Assembly: GCA_964611205.1 (NCBI GenBank) | Contig: CAZSZB010000002.1 | Location: 74,609-138,608, forward strand | DNA length: 64,000 nucleotides | From: an uncultured Candidatus Saccharibacteria bacterium | GTDB taxonomy: Bacteria > Patescibacteriota > Minisyncoccia > Phycocordibacterales > UBA918 | Direction: 5' to 3' | Part shown: positions 19,501-29,838 of the stretch, in pieces | Layout of the letters: each line of letters starts with the position of its first letter | Position numbering within the stretch: position 1 is the stretch's first letter | Program-made: the position numbers and the translations under genes | Notes under the pieces: model-generated | Seen by the model: the letters and a program-made list of their open reading frames with translations, nothing else | The model's database searches: none | What the model was told of the DNA's origin: nothing

Positions 19501-22397
19501 TTATGAAGTACCGCATGCTTTCTCGAAATCACCCCGACTCTCTTGAAGAGGTTATATTTGAAGGTGCTGATGGAGATACGCGCCCAAAGGGTCTTCAGTT
19601 TACTGCTGTTGGCGAAGACAGGAGAGGTCCATATCTAAGAGAAAGCCGTGGACCAATGAGTCCAGACTATAATGAGGCTCGGGAACGTTTACGTGAAGTA
19701 CTCGAAGGTAAAGCTCCGCCTATTGCTGTTGATAACGAAGGGCGTGGCGTACTGAATTATGGAAACATTGGTGCAATAATGGACGGATCATCTGGAGCCT
19801 CAGGATCAACCAAACAAGCATTTGGAAATATGGCTGATGACTCTGATGTACTAGTAATAGCAGATGCTGATAATCCAAATGACTCACATACCTTCGGAAC
19901 AATATTTTGGGGAGGAATCGAACCCGACCGTCCACTGCTCACTACAATAGCGGAAAAAGTAGGAGGTCTCGTTGGTTGGGCAGCACGTCAGGTTGGGATT
20001 ACAAAGATTGCAGAACGTGCACTCCCAGAACTCGAAGAAGCTAGTAAGATTAAAACTGTCGAAGAAGCAACAGAAGTAATTGCACAGCGAGAAAGAGATC
20101 TTGTGGCTCTGGAAGACAAAGCATTGCGTATGCATGAGACTCTTGAACTTGCAGGTGAACATGATCAATTACGAACAGTAGTGGAAACAGCTGGAGCAGT
20201 GACCGATGAATTAAATACTGCAATAGGACGTGCCCGAGCGGAACGTGACGAGATGGAAAGAATATGGCTTGCAGATGTGCTTAGTGGTCGAGAAACTCTC
20301 AGACCGGAAGTAGTCGGAGCAGTTGATTCAACATATGGTGCCGTTGAGCGTTTAGAAACTATGAGAGAAGAAGCGCTAATAGCTGTAGCTAACGGGGACT
20401 TGATAAGTGCGAAAGCAATCCAGGGTGATGCAGATAAATACTCGACTGCAGTTAATACCTTAATGAATGCTGTGTCTAATACCTCAATTAGTGTAGCAGA
20501 TATAGCTATTTCTCATAATCATACTGGAGAAAATAAAAACGGTTTTGCACAAATGACTAATGGTACAGTCTTTTCCGTCCCAGGTGATGGTCGACCTGGC
20601 AGAAAACACGATGGGTTTGATTATGGAACTAATCGAGGTGATCCATGGGTAGCAGCACCGGTAGCAGGCACGATAACAAGCTGTGGGGATGGGGGTGGTC
20701 TGGCTGGAGGAACATGTAGTCTTGTTCCCGATAATCCAGCTAAAGATTGTGATGGAGCAAGCACTTGCGTGATTCAGATTATGCATGTTGAAGGTATTGT
20801 TGCACCAAATACTCGAGTGGAAGCTGGTCAAATCATTGCTCATACTGGTGGAGATAGGTCTACTCTATGGGGCCTAGTTACTATACTCGCTGAAAAACAA
20901 GCTGGACGAGAACTGACTCCGGAAGAGCGTGACCTAGCAGCATGGGAAATATATGATAAAAATAATGGAGTGCTAACTTCTGAACTAAAAGCTCAATTTG
21001 CTGCCGAAGGTTTGTCTAATGCATATTCTGGTAATCCAAATGGAGAAGAAATTACCCCACCCCATCCGCATATTCAGATCAAGTGGAACGACAGAGTACT
21101 AAGAGGATCAAGCGAATCCGATAAAGCTCGACTTGAGAGAATTTTTGGTATAGAAAAAGGCTTCTTAAGTTCGATAGACCAAGAGATTCCATTCCCAACT
21201 CTTGATGATCTTATTAGAGAGGCAGAAGTAACTTCAGATAAACGGGCTGCTATCGATGCTCGTAATGCACGCGAGATTCTTCCAAGTGATAGTCCTATAC
21301 TACTGGAAATTGAAGCAAATGCAGAAAAAGCCATCTCTCTAATGAACGATATTAGAGATACCTACACTGGCGAATTCCAAGGAGTTAATATAGACGGATC
21401 TGGTAAAGGTAACGCTCAGGTGGCTAAGTTAGCAGAGCAAGCTCAGGCCCTTGCGGACCGAAACGCAGAATTGCTTGCACAAGCTGAGGCAGAAAGTGCA
21501 CTTGAACGTATTAATCCAAGAGGAACACCCGCCGGCAATCCTCCAAGAACTGGTATCGTGGGCGGTATAGCTGACGCTGTGACTAACGGCTTAGGAACTC
21601 TACGAGACTTCTTCTCCGGCGGAAGTTCTTCTGGTGGAGGCGCTGGTAGTCCGAGTGACGACAGAAGGGATGATTCTGGTAGTGATAGCCCTCGTGGCTC
21701 TGACAGTGGAAAAGGAGCTGAAGATAATCTAGTCTCTGTCGGAGTCACCGACAGCAAGAGTGGCACTATACTTAAAGAGTACAATGACCTACTTAGTCAA
21801 TTAACTCCAACTCAACCTGTACCTAATGAAACGCTACCAGAAATAGTAGATGATGAAGATGTTGTGTTTACATACATTGTGTCAACTAAAAACGAACCGA
21901 CCAGTGCCAAGACTACCCTACTAGCTCCAAATCTAAATGATAGAAGTTACTCTTACTCACTTCTAGCTGACCAATTAACAGACAATGATTCTGCTAACAC
22001 CATCATAAATAATTCTGCAGATACAAAAATAATAAAAGCTAAAGCAAATAGTTTTGGTATCGATGAAGTAGAATCATCTTCTTACCAGACCAGGACTAGC
22101 AAGAACGGCCTAGCGGAAGACAAGCTTATCTACACAATCAGCACTAAAGATGGTGACCGAGTTGAACTCCAGTTACCAGCCGTTGTTGATAAAGAAACTG
22201 CTAGAATAACCTTTGCTAACGCTGGCTTTGTTGGCGATGAATACCTACAGCTCATCAGCGAAGCAGACTACGCAGGCGAAGCTAAGATTGAAGAAGAAAA
22301 AGGCTGGTTTAGTAGAATATGGGAAATAATAAAATCCACCTTTACTAGAGATGAATCTCCTGAAGAAGATTATACAAATCTTCCAGTAGAAGTTTAG
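16515..22397 (+). CDS. Giant (1960 aa) secreted/membrane-anchored protein with SleB-like cell-wall hydrolase and M23 peptidase motifs
   Basis: N-terminal TM/signal; S/G/P/D-rich linkers; DLMTRVVLAE...GVQAVGEV..R...P.SLEEVI...QF at ~19390-19610; HDGFD (~20606), V.AGQII, HPH (~21063). Confidence 0.8.
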   Translation: MNTTQDVYHAKKAFYWGFLLVFVALFLLIFSNPVEAGLLDDEYSKPPTKEATKTQQTNTPQQSNPTVQPGPGSPGFEDPTTSSPSPSKNDSKNDYTQSQNDSAWDRGDDDGGGSGLGSGPSKNDSKNDYTQSQNDGGSDSGSDGGSGLGRQPQKSTSEIIDNRVEEESEKQKGFLGSLRDSLKSAAVSWYSRVLDSIPLISKKPEPKPTDLTSALGLETDVKSSYIRVIDPVSPGIVTGDSGTGQGIPVPERPTTRKIDPITKGNIEILVAAEILDENGFIDVVYSDGNGNLHLTRDQVDAGARITVEYNCENGDGGCSALPYGYLAGAGQPSGTYVVETPRSGSQIVGVSAKDKYGNQAAKYISVVVDGTPQSTDFRLDPDFLENRDTKVVKTEEVVSDYTDNWTRNDPGSSYSSRDNDAPGMTYGDPLTLNNGIGGLMPPNTSGKKYPDGSDIENYLRDLETDPDSGVKKSTGITPPAPEQPPASPVPPQPTKDVPKYVDTDGFLDSDGGANKVGGGFWGNTVGKLAEATRGIVQNILPIGPTTRPNNKPTERADTTPIVTDVEDLSRYTTYTSVNEDGETVFYRPSTPGSMISITKSNLAIAEKELADAIAAGGDERGINEARQKVNEIKNILDNPKGEIFSDADYTTADQLVVTAIGNSRAAIVAKSTDISLPPPPAKIYSIDELRTLTSGMTKEEMSAFFTDLILQGYASAESRNLIEGIQQEPWGIITTDPKVPIYYPGLSPRDLARIAQATGLEIMTEAEADRVNDSPEAINLTPNPQPNETTTAADQFENMLANSRDIAQEKAEKCEGSCKGFVTGIGKDTTIGDDGRVQIQGWRNPATGEDIQPTYARHFPESDISEMTYWDYSHVTRMKGKDSGKVLSDEEFAALASEKASEVVPYRAYSQSEETKPETLTDRIASLPRDTAKTLGNIARFVADKFSPEPTTRSPKVEYSDEELDLMTRVVLAETDSIRNADGSINLEGVQAVGEVMKYRMLSRNHPDSLEEVIFEGADGDTRPKGLQFTAVGEDRRGPYLRESRGPMSPDYNEARERLREVLEGKAPPIAVDNEGRGVLNYGNIGAIMDGSSGASGSTKQAFGNMADDSDVLVIADADNPNDSHTFGTIFWGGIEPDRPLLTTIAEKVGGLVGWAARQVGITKIAERALPELEEASKIKTVEEATEVIAQRERDLVALEDKALRMHETLELAGEHDQLRTVVETAGAVTDELNTAIGRARAERDEMERIWLADVLSGRETLRPEVVGAVDSTYGAVERLETMREEALIAVANGDLISAKAIQGDADKYSTAVNTLMNAVSNTSISVADIAISHNHTGENKNGFAQMTNGTVFSVPGDGRPGRKHDGFDYGTNRGDPWVAAPVAGTITSCGDGGGLAGGTCSLVPDNPAKDCDGASTCVIQIMHVEGIVAPNTRVEAGQIIAHTGGDRSTLWGLVTILAEKQAGRELTPEERDLAAWEIYDKNNGVLTSELKAQFAAEGLSNAYSGNPNGEEITPPHPHIQIKWNDRVLRGSSESDKARLERIFGIEKGFLSSIDQEIPFPTLDDLIREAEVTSDKRAAIDARNAREILPSDSPILLEIEANAEKAISLMNDIRDTYTGEFQGVNIDGSGKGNAQVAKLAEQAQALADRNAELLAQAEAESALERINPRGTPAGNPPRTGIVGGIADAVTNGLGTLRDFFSGGSSSGGGAGSPSDDRRDDSGSDSPRGSDSGKGAEDNLVSVGVTDSKSGTILKEYNDLLSQLTPTQPVPNETLPEIVDDEDVVFTYIVSTKNEPTSAKTTLLAPNLNDRSYSYSLLADQLTDNDSANTIINNSADTKIIKAKANSFGIDEVESSSYQTRTSKNGLAEDKLIYTISTKDGDRVELQLPAVVDKETARITFANAGFVGDEYLQLISEADYAGEAKIEEEKGWFSRIWEIIKSTFTRDESPEEDYTNLPVEV
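16770..16919 (+). repeat. 48-bp exact intragenic direct repeat (PSKNDSKNDYTQSQND x2)
   Basis: 16770-16817 is identical to 16872-16919. Confidence 0.95.
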
Positions 22398-22399
22398 GT

Positions 22400-22441
22400 A
22401 GCACCAAAAAACCAGTCCCAAAGGACTGGTTTTTTGGTGCT
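22400..22441. terminator. Bidirectional terminator between the giant ORF and clpB
   Basis: agcaccaaaaaaccagtcc-caaa-ggactggttttttggtgct. Confidence 0.85.
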
Positions 22442-22464
22442 TGTTTAAAGCTTTGTCAAAGAAA

Positions 22465-25173
22465 TTAAGCTGTTACTACTTCCCTTTTCTTAGCTGTCTT
22501 TTTGGCTGGTTTTTTCTCTCCTTTTTTGGTGATATCAAACTTTAATTCACCATCTTTCATGCAGACTTTTATAACACCGCCTTTAAGCATTCCTTGTCCC
22601 ACCATCTGCGAGGCAACCGGTGTTAGAATCTTGCTTTGAATTACTCGCTTAAGTGGTCTTGCTCCAAATTTTGGATCGTAACCTTCTTTAGCTAAGTAAT
22701 CATAAACGTCTTTAGTTAGAGTAAGTTTTATTTCTTTCTTTTCTAATCTCTTAACTACTTCCTCTACCTGCTTTTCAACAATAGAGCGAATTGTTTCAGA
22801 AGAAAGAATATCGAAGACTATTATCTCATCGAGTCGGTTCAAGAATTCAGGACGGAAATAATTCTTCAAACTTCCTAACACCTTATCCTTGGCTTGCACG
22901 TACTGCGCAGCATCATCTCTATCTTCAGTAAATCCAAAGTTGGACATACGGTCAATGTGCTCAGCTCCAATATTTGAAGTCATAATGATGATGGTATTTT
23001 TGAAGTTTACCTTCCGACCTTTAGCATCAGTTAAATGACCAGAATCCAACACCTGGAGAAGTACATTGAATACCTCAGGATGAGCTTTTTCAATTTCGTC
23101 TAGCAAAATCACAGAATATGGTCGGTGGCGTACTTTCTCTGTTATTGAGCCACCCTCTTCATGACCGACATAGCCTGGAGGCGAACCGATAATCTTAGAG
23201 ACTGAGTGTTTTTCCATAAATTCAGACATATCCACTCGCAGGAGAGCGTCCGGATCATCAAACATAAAGTTTGCTAAAACCTTAGTTAACTCTGTCTTTC
23301 CGACACCAGTTGGACCCAAGAATAAGAACGAACCGATTGGTCGATTTGGATCCGCAATACCAGCTCGAGACCGTTTAACAGCGTCAGCAATCAGTTTAAC
23401 GGCGTGGTCTTGACCAACTACCTTCTCCTTCAAATCCTCTTCCATCCGGGCTAACTTCTTCGCCTCTTCCTCCAACATGCGCGACACCGGAATACCTGTC
23501 CAACGAGACACCACTGCTGCGATATCTTCTTCTGTAACTTCTTCTTTAAGCAGACGACGTGACCGATGCAGTTTCTTCAGACGTTTAGTCTTCTCATCTA
23601 AGTCTTTCTCAACCGCTGGGATAGTATCGTAACGAATTTCGGCGGCTCTAGTTAAATCAGCCATCGCTTCGGCACTTTCAGCTTCTAGTCGTAATTCTTC
23701 GAGTTCTTTTTTAAGAGCTCTTATATCGTCTAGAGCTATTTTTTCATTATTCCATTTGGTCTCTAGGGCTGATGTTTGTTCTCTTAACTCCCCGATTTCT
23801 TTATCAATTTCTCGCAAACGAGCTCTTAGTTTTCTTTTTGCTACCGTCTCTGCGTCAACCTCATCTTTTTTAAGTGCTTCCTTCTCAATTTCCAATCTAC
23901 GAATTTGCCGGTCAGCCAATACCAATTCTTCCGGCTTATTCTCAAGAGAGATGCGTAATGATGAAGCAGCTTCATCTATCAAATCAACTGCCTTATCAGG
24001 CAAGAAACGATCGGTGATATAACGAGTTGAGAATTGTACAGCCGAAACTATCGCGTCGTCTGTGATACGGACACCGTGAAAGAGTTCATATTTTTCTGCA
24101 ATGCCACGCAAAATAGCAATTGCATCTTCTTGATTAGGTTCAAGTACATGGATAGGCTGAAAACGTCTGGTTAGCGCAGGATCTTTTTCAATATGTTTTT
24201 GATACTCCTTTAGAGTAGTTGCTCCGATAACCCGCATTTCTCCACGAGATAATGCTGGCTTTAACATATTTGAAGCATCCATCGAACCTTCCGAGGCTCC
24301 CGCACCCACAATAGTATGTAGCTCATCAATAAAGAGAATTACACTACCATCAGACTGTTCTACCTCCTTCATGACAGCCTTCAAACGCTCTTCAAATTCA
24401 CCACGAAACTTTGTTCCTGCCACTAAAAGACCTAAATCTAAAGTAAGAATTTCTTTATCTTTAATAGACTCCGGTACGTTTCCTTGCACAATTGATTGAG
24501 CCAAACCTTCTGCAATGGCTGTCTTACCTACTCCAGCTTCACCGATTAAAACCGGGTTATTTTTATTCCGTCTTGATAGTATTTGAATAACACGCTGTAC
24601 TTCCATATCTCGACCGATAACAGGATCGAGTTTATTGTCCTGTGCCATTTTGGTGAGATTGCGAGTGAATTTTGAAAGCGCACGGAACTTCCTTGGTTGC
24701 TGAACATCGGTAATATTATTATCTCGAATATCTTGAATAGCTTTCTCAATAGCATCTTTCTCAATACCATTGCGTTGTAATACCTCAGCAGTCGGACCAG
24801 GAAATTCTAAAGTAGCCAAGAATAAGTGCTCTACACCGACGTAAGAGTCACCTAGCTTTTCTGCAACCACAGCAGAATGTTCTAATATTTTAGCCAGCTC
24901 AGGAGTCAGATACAATTGGAAAGACTGCGAGATAGATGATGATAAATCATTGCCCTCAAGTAGCTCAAGTAGAATATCAGTGAAGGCAATAACATCTACG
25001 TCTAATTGATCTAATACAGAAATAACCGCACTTTCCTCTTGCAAAGAAAGAGCCGCCAATAAGTGTATTGGGTTAACGTGATTTTGTCCTCGTTCAATGG
25101 CTAATTCGTGAGCTTTACGTATTGCTTCCTTAGCCCGAGATGTAAAATTTTGAAAATTAGGCATCATATACAA
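22465..25173 (-). CDS. clpB: ATP-dependent chaperone ClpB
   Basis: Clp N domain, two AAA+ modules ([16 protein letters not shown]), long coiled-coil middle domain, GARPL. Confidence 0.93.
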   Translation of the reverse strand: MYMMPNFQNFTSRAKEAIRKAHELAIERGQNHVNPIHLLAALSLQEESAVISVLDQLDVDVIAFTDILLELLEGNDLSSSISQSFQLYLTPELAKILEHSAVVAEKLGDSYVGVEHLFLATLEFPGPTAEVLQRNGIEKDAIEKAIQDIRDNNITDVQQPRKFRALSKFTRNLTKMAQDNKLDPVIGRDMEVQRVIQILSRRNKNNPVLIGEAGVGKTAIAEGLAQSIVQGNVPESIKDKEILTLDLGLLVAGTKFRGEFEERLKAVMKEVEQSDGSVILFIDELHTIVGAGASEGSMDASNMLKPALSRGEMRVIGATTLKEYQKHIEKDPALTRRFQPIHVLEPNQEDAIAILRGIAEKYELFHGVRITDDAIVSAVQFSTRYITDRFLPDKAVDLIDEAASSLRISLENKPEELVLADRQIRRLEIEKEALKKDEVDAETVAKRKLRARLREIDKEIGELREQTSALETKWNNEKIALDDIRALKKELEELRLEAESAEAMADLTRAAEIRYDTIPAVEKDLDEKTKRLKKLHRSRRLLKEEVTEEDIAAVVSRWTGIPVSRMLEEEAKKLARMEEDLKEKVVGQDHAVKLIADAVKRSRAGIADPNRPIGSFLFLGPTGVGKTELTKVLANFMFDDPDALLRVDMSEFMEKHSVSKIIGSPPGYVGHEEGGSITEKVRHRPYSVILLDEIEKAHPEVFNVLLQVLDSGHLTDAKGRKVNFKNTIIIMTSNIGAEHIDRMSNFGFTEDRDDAAQYVQAKDKVLGSLKNYFRPEFLNRLDEIIVFDILSSETIRSIVEKQVEEVVKRLEKKEIKLTLTKDVYDYLAKEGYDPKFGARPLKRVIQSKILTPVASQMVGQGMLKGGVIKVCMKDGELKFDITKKGEKKPAKKTAKKREVVTA

Positions 25174-25303
25174 TTTTAAACTTCATAATCGATTATAACG
25201 CATCTGTCATATCAGTCAGTCGATTTTTCATTCTGAATTTAGCTATCTTCCGCTATAACCGTGTCTATACATATTGCAATAAAATTAACCTTAAGTCAAT
25301 TTA

Positions 25304-26512
25304 CTACACTTTTCTTGTCTGTTTGATATGTTCTTTTATAGCTTTAACTAGAAATTTTAATTCTTTTTCTTTAGTCTCCTCCCCTAAAGTGATACGGATG
25401 GTGGAGCTGGCTCGATTTTTATCCCCTATGATAGTCATCACGACCTTACTCCCCTCTCCATCAGATCCGGAACAAGCTGATTTAGTCGATACGGCGAAAC
25501 CGGCAGCATCTAAAGATATCACGGCAAATTCACCATCTATATCTGCGATAGAGATGTTTATATTGTTAGCTACACGGTTTTCAAGAGAGCCATTTATAAA
25601 AGCCCCAGAAATTTCTTTTAGTTCCTTTATAGTTTTATCCCGCAATACTGTTATTTTTTCAGACCGCTTTTGATAATTCGTTTGAGCTTCAACTATAGCA
25701 GCGGCCGCTCCTATGATGGCTGGAGTATTTTCTGTAGCTGCCCGCAGCCCCTGCTCTTGCCCGCCCCCTAAGACAACTGGTGAGATATCAACACTACGGT
25801 GCAAAACTAAAACCCCCACTCCTTTTGGTCCATAACATTTACTCGCATCGAGCGACAACATATCAACTCCCAATTCCTCAGGACGACAAGATAACCAGAG
25901 CGGGGCTTGTGCAGCGTCTGTATGTACCTTGATAGTCGTCCCGTTTTCCTTATTGAACTTATGTATTAGCCGACTAACCTTACCAATGTCTTGTATGACT
26001 CCGATTTCACTATTCACATAAGAAAAAGTACATAACACCACACTCTCATCTAAACATTTCCCCAGATCATTGAAATCAATACGACCGCCAGAATCAACTT
26101 TTACATATTTAATTTTCACTCCCCACAAAGACAATTTGTCCAGCACTCTAGAAACTGAAGGATGTTCTAATTTGGAACTAATTATAGCCATATCAGAATA
26201 CTCTCTGCCTTCTAGGTGGAGTTTTTCTACCAGACCAAATATAGCTAAGTTATTACTTTCGGTTCCACTGGCTGTAAAGATTATTCCTTCTGGCTTTACT
26301 TCTAAAGCTCGCGCTAAATCCAGTCGAGCCTCATCGATTTTGTTTCTTGCCAGCACACCTTCTTGGTGTACCGCACTAGGATTGGCAAATAATTGACGAG
26401 ACACTTCATCCATAATCTTCAGAACCGAATTTCGAATCGGTGTAGCGGCTGCAAAATCCAGATAAACCCTCGATGATTTTGGCTTATATTTATTTTTAAG
26501 GATTTCAAACAT
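25304..26512 (-). CDS. Cysteine desulfurase (IscS/NifS)
   Basis: YLDFAAATP, ANPS, HTDAAQ, SKCYGPKGVG, STKSACS. Confidence 0.93.
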   Translation of the reverse strand: MFEILKNKYKPKSSRVYLDFAAATPIRNSVLKIMDEVSRQLFANPSAVHQEGVLARNKIDEARLDLARALEVKPEGIIFTASGTESNNLAIFGLVEKLHLEGREYSDMAIISSKLEHPSVSRVLDKLSLWGVKIKYVKVDSGGRIDFNDLGKCLDESVVLCTFSYVNSEIGVIQDIGKVSRLIHKFNKENGTTIKVHTDAAQAPLWLSCRPEELGVDMLSLDASKCYGPKGVGVLVLHRSVDISPVVLGGGQEQGLRAATENTPAIIGAAAAIVEAQTNYQKRSEKITVLRDKTIKELKEISGAFINGSLENRVANNINISIADIDGEFAVISLDAAGFAVSTKSACSGSDGEGSKVVMTIIGDKNRASSTIRITLGEETKEKELKFLVKAIKEHIKQTRKV

Positions 26513-26651
26513 ACTTATCTATAGTGTGATTATAATGACACACGTTTTAAAAAGAACCAAGATATGTTAGAGTAGCTTGACTTTAAGCTGATTCTCTTGG
26601 CTTTTGTGCCTCACTTTATCAGCTTACTATCATCTAAATCTCGAGATTATA

Positions 26652-28151
26652 ATGGCAAAAACAAATACCTCACAACCGAATATAGTTAAAAAACCACCAG
26701 TGGTGGTTATTATGGGTCATATTGACCATGGTAAATCAACACTTTTAGATCATATCCGTAATTCAGATGTGGTGGCAGGAGAGGCTGGAGGTATTACCCA
26801 ACATCTTTCTGCTTATGTGGTTGAACACACTACTAAAGAAGGTAGTAAGGAAAAAATGACTTTCCTCGATACTCCAGGACATGCAGCTTTCCAAGAAATG
26901 CGTTTACGTGGAGCAGACGTAGCAGATATCGCTATTTTAATAGTTTCTGCTGAAGATGGAGTAATGCCACAAACCTTAGAGGCTTTGGCTAGTATCAAAG
27001 CGGCTAACATACCGTTTGTTGTGGCTATCAATAAAATCGACAAACCAGGTGCTGACATAATAAAAACCCAGGCAAGTCTAGTGGAAAACGAAATTTACAT
27101 TGAAGGTATGGGGGGAGATATTCCTTGGGCTGGGATTTCTGCAAAATCAGGAGAAGGAGTGAGTGACCTACTAGACCTTGTTATTTTGGCTGCAGAATTG
27201 GCGGAACTAACAGCCGACACTAATGCTCCAGCTACCGGAACTGTGATAGAGGGTTACATGGACGACAAGCGCGGCACCACCGCTACTTTAATTATCCAAA
27301 ACGGTACTCTTAAAAACGGATCCTTCGTGGTCGCTGGCAATACTTACGCACCTGTGCGAATTATGGAAAACTTTGCGGGCAAAATGATTAAAGAAGCCAG
27401 TCTCTCTGAGCCAGTCGGAATAGTCGGTTTTTCTAGCATTCCAAAAGTGGGTTGTACCTTCGTAACAGTTGATAGCAAGAAGGAGGCTGAAAAAATGATT
27501 GAATCAAATACTTCAAAACCGGCAGCCCGTCAATTTGGTGATACCAATTTACCAATAGTGCCTCTATCTATCAAAGCTGATGTATTAGGTACCATAGATG
27601 CTATCAAGCACGAACTCGAGAAATTTGATTCAGACCGTATCTCAGTGCGAATCATTAATGAAGGAGTGGGAGACATCACTTCTGCTGACATCCAAAATGT
27701 TAGTGCTACCGAGAATGCCATCGTAGTTGGTTTTGGAGTAAAGGTGGAAAGAGCCGCCATTGAGTTAGCTGAACGTCTAGGAGTAGAAATTGAAACTTTT
27801 GATATTATCTACGAACTCTCAGAATGGTTGGAAAATGCTCTAAAAAATCGTACTCCTAAAAAAGAAGTGGAGGAAATTACTGGTAAAGCTAAAGTTCTGG
27901 TTTATTTTAGTACTCAAAAAAGCATCCATGTACTGGGAGCTAAAGTTTTAGAGGGTGTGTTAAAGGTTAAACAACCGGTGAGAATAATGAGACGTGATCT
28001 AAAGATAGGCCACGGTACTATTACTAGTCTCCAGTCTATGAAAAACAATGTTGAAGAAATTAAAGACGGCGAATTTGGTATCCAAATTGACTCTAAAACA
28101 GACCTTGCACCAGGTGACATTATAGAAGCTTTTCACATAGTTGTTACTTAA
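26652..28151 (+). CDS. infB: Translation initiation factor IF-2 (short, lacks N-terminal domain)
   Basis: [27 protein letters not shown]; ATG 26652 preferred. Confidence 0.96.
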   Translation: MAKTNTSQPNIVKKPPVVVIMGHIDHGKSTLLDHIRNSDVVAGEAGGITQHLSAYVVEHTTKEGSKEKMTFLDTPGHAAFQEMRLRGADVADIAILIVSAEDGVMPQTLEALASIKAANIPFVVAINKIDKPGADIIKTQASLVENEIYIEGMGGDIPWAGISAKSGEGVSDLLDLVILAAELAELTADTNAPATGTVIEGYMDDKRGTTATLIIQNGTLKNGSFVVAGNTYAPVRIMENFAGKMIKEASLSEPVGIVGFSSIPKVGCTFVTVDSKKEAEKMIESNTSKPAARQFGDTNLPIVPLSIKADVLGTIDAIKHELEKFDSDRISVRIINEGVGDITSADIQNVSATENAIVVGFGVKVERAAIELAERLGVEIETFDIIYELSEWLENALKNRTPKKEVEEITGKAKVLVYFSTQKSIHVLGAKVLEGVLKVKQPVRIMRRDLKIGHGTITSLQSMKNNVEEIKDGEFGIQIDSKTDLAPGDIIEAFHIVVT

Positions 28152-28156
28152 ATTAT

Positions 28157-28528
28157 ATGATCGACAGACACGACAGAATAGTATCTCTTATTAAAGAATT
28201 GGCAGCTGTTTTTATTCAACAAGAGGCCAACACGAATCCTTTGATTACGATTACCAAAGTTACCACTTCTCCAGACTATCGGAATGCAACTATTTTCTTT
28301 ACAACCATACCTGACGGACGTGAAGAAGATGCCTTAATCTTTCTTAAACGTAGTGGTCGTGAATTACGCCACTATATTATGAAGAAAAGTAATATGAAGA
28401 TAATCCCCAATCTAGAATTTTCTCTTGATGTGGGAGAAAGGCACCGACAACATGTTGACGAGATAGTACGAGAAACTGGCACTCCTAGCACCTTCGAGGA
28501 AATACCAAAGGAGAAGGGAGATGATTAA
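28157..28528 (+). CDS. rbfA: Ribosome-binding factor A
   Basis: ITITKV..SPD...A.IF and IPNLEF.LD; directly follows infB. Confidence 0.9.
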   Translation: MIDRHDRIVSLIKELAAVFIQQEANTNPLITITKVTTSPDYRNATIFFTTIPDGREEDALIFLKRSGRELRHYIMKKSNMKIIPNLEFSLDVGERHRQHVDEIVRETGTPSTFEEIPKEKGDD

Positions 28529-28546
28529 TTTGTATTGAACATTAGG

Positions 28547-28569
28547 AACCTTTCATTCGAATGGAAGAT
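28547..28569. repeat. Dispersed palindrome aacCTTTCATTCGAATG(G/A)AAGat, copy 1
   Basis: 22/23 identical to 51649-51671. Confidence 0.85.
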
Positions 28570-28638
28570 AGCTTTTAAGTAAAATTGACTACATTTATAG
28601 TAGAAATATCTAATTAATTTTGCTATACTGCCCCACGC

Positions 28639-28858
28639 GAATATTGTTATGCGTTCATGGCAAAATTGGTAGGTAAAAACTTCTCCCAGAAGTTTTTACC
28701 AAGTTTTGAAAAATGAATATTGTGCGGGTGTGGCGGAATTGGTAGGTAGGGACTTCTGGGAGAAGTCCCTACCAAGTTTTCAAGTGAGGCAACTCGTGGA
28801 GGTTGCGATAGTCTGGTAGACTATCGCAAAAGGTTCATCAAATATTTAAACATAGAGT
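28639..28858 (+). repeat. Upstream array of tRNA-Leu(TAG) fragments interrupted by hairpins
   Basis: Two units gaatattg..[5' tRNA to AATTGGTAG][hairpin]aagtttt (28639-28707, 28715-28780), then a variable/T-arm fragment 28783-28804 and a hairpin 28803-28829. Confidence 0.92.
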
Positions 28859-28940
28859 GCGGGTGTGGCGGAATTGGTAGACGCGCTAGTTTTAGGCACT
28901 AGTGAGGCAACTCGTGGAGGTTCAAGTCCTCTCGCCCGCA
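28859..28940 (+). tRNA. tRNA-Leu(TAG)
   Basis: gcgggtg/cgcccgc acceptor, ctagt-TTTAGGC-actag, variable arm gaggcaactc, GGTTCAAGTCC. Confidence 0.96.
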
Positions 28941-29355
28941 CTTTGCGTTTAAATATTGAAAACCTATACAGAAACAGTTAGTTTCAAGTCCTCTCGCCCG
29001 CACAATGTTCGGTTTTCACAAAAGGCACTAGTGAGGCAACTCGTGGAGGTTCAACCCTTGCTCGAAGCCTGGGAGGCTTCTAGTAAGGGTTTGAAAAGGT
29101 TACTTGATATTTTATTTCGCTGTTGCTCATAAAATTCCACAAAAGCTTTTTAAGTCCTGACGAACAGTCCCCCGGACTGTTCTATGTACGACAAAATTTT
29201 GTCCGCCCACCAGGACTTGAACTCTACGAGTTCTGTACAGGTTGTCAGTATTTTGTTTCCTTACGTCACAAAATACTAGGCAACCTTTTCGAGTCACGCC
29301 ACGGATTACTAACGTAATCCTGCTCTGGTGGGTGTCCACCTCACTTCGTTCGCTG
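28941..29355. repeat. Convergent downstream arrays of tRNA-Leu(TAG) and tRNA-Lys fragments with hairpin cassettes
   Basis: 28983-29003 = Leu 3' end; 29023-29054 = Leu 28894-28925; 29201-29222 = Lys 29355-29376; cassettes at 29091-29160 and 29231-29292. Confidence 0.92.
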
Positions 29356-29428
29356 TCCGCCCACCAGGACTTGAACCTGGGACACAAGGATTAAGAGTCC
29401 TCTGCTCTACCAGCTGAGCTATAGGCGG
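29356..29428 (-). tRNA. tRNA-Lys(CTT)
   Basis: Minus strand: ccgccta/tgggcgg, gagga-CTCTTAA-tcctt, GGTTCAAGTCC. Confidence 0.96.
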
Positions 29429-29534
29429 ATAATGGTGTTGAGAGTTTACAGTATTGTAGGGTCAATTTCAAGAAAGTTTTAAACCACAACCTATATCTTG
29501 TCAGACTTAAATATAGGTTTTTCTCTTTATTTTG

Positions 29535-29607
29535 AGTCCTGGGTGGGATTCGAACCCACGCGTGTCGGTTTTGCAAACCGATGCGTTAACCGCTTCGCCA
29601 CCAGGAC
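29535..29607 (-). tRNA. tRNA-Cys(GCA)
   Basis: Minus strand: gtcctgg/ccaggac, tcggt-TTGCAAA-accga, U discriminator. Confidence 0.96.
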
Positions 29608-29728
29608 TTTTATAAGCCATACTTTACCATCTACTACTTACTAAACCAAGCTTTTATGCTATGATATCCGCCACATACTGAGTGGATAGAGATTAGTCTA
29701 TCTGGTTCAGTCATAAACAAATATTGAA

Positions 29729-29831
29729 GCCAAGATGGTGGAATTGGTAGGTGAAACAGTCTGGGAGATTGTTTTACCAGGACTTAAACTTTAAGTGCTG
29801 CATCTACCTGTTCTACCATTTGTATACAGAA
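29729..29831 (+). repeat. Sense 5' fragment + hairpin + antisense 5'-half copy of tRNA-Leu(TAA)
   Basis: gccaagatggtggaattggtag, ggtgaaacagtc-tggga-gattgttttacc, then tttaagtgctgcatctacctgttctaccat, which approximates the reverse complement of the tRNA 5' half. Confidence 0.88.
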
Positions 29832-29838
29832 CATATAT

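Noticed and set aside
28724-29002. Intron-containing or split tRNA gene
   Set aside because: The outer copy has lost the anticodon arm, an intact gene is present at each locus, and no group I core or bulge-helix-bulge motif was seen.
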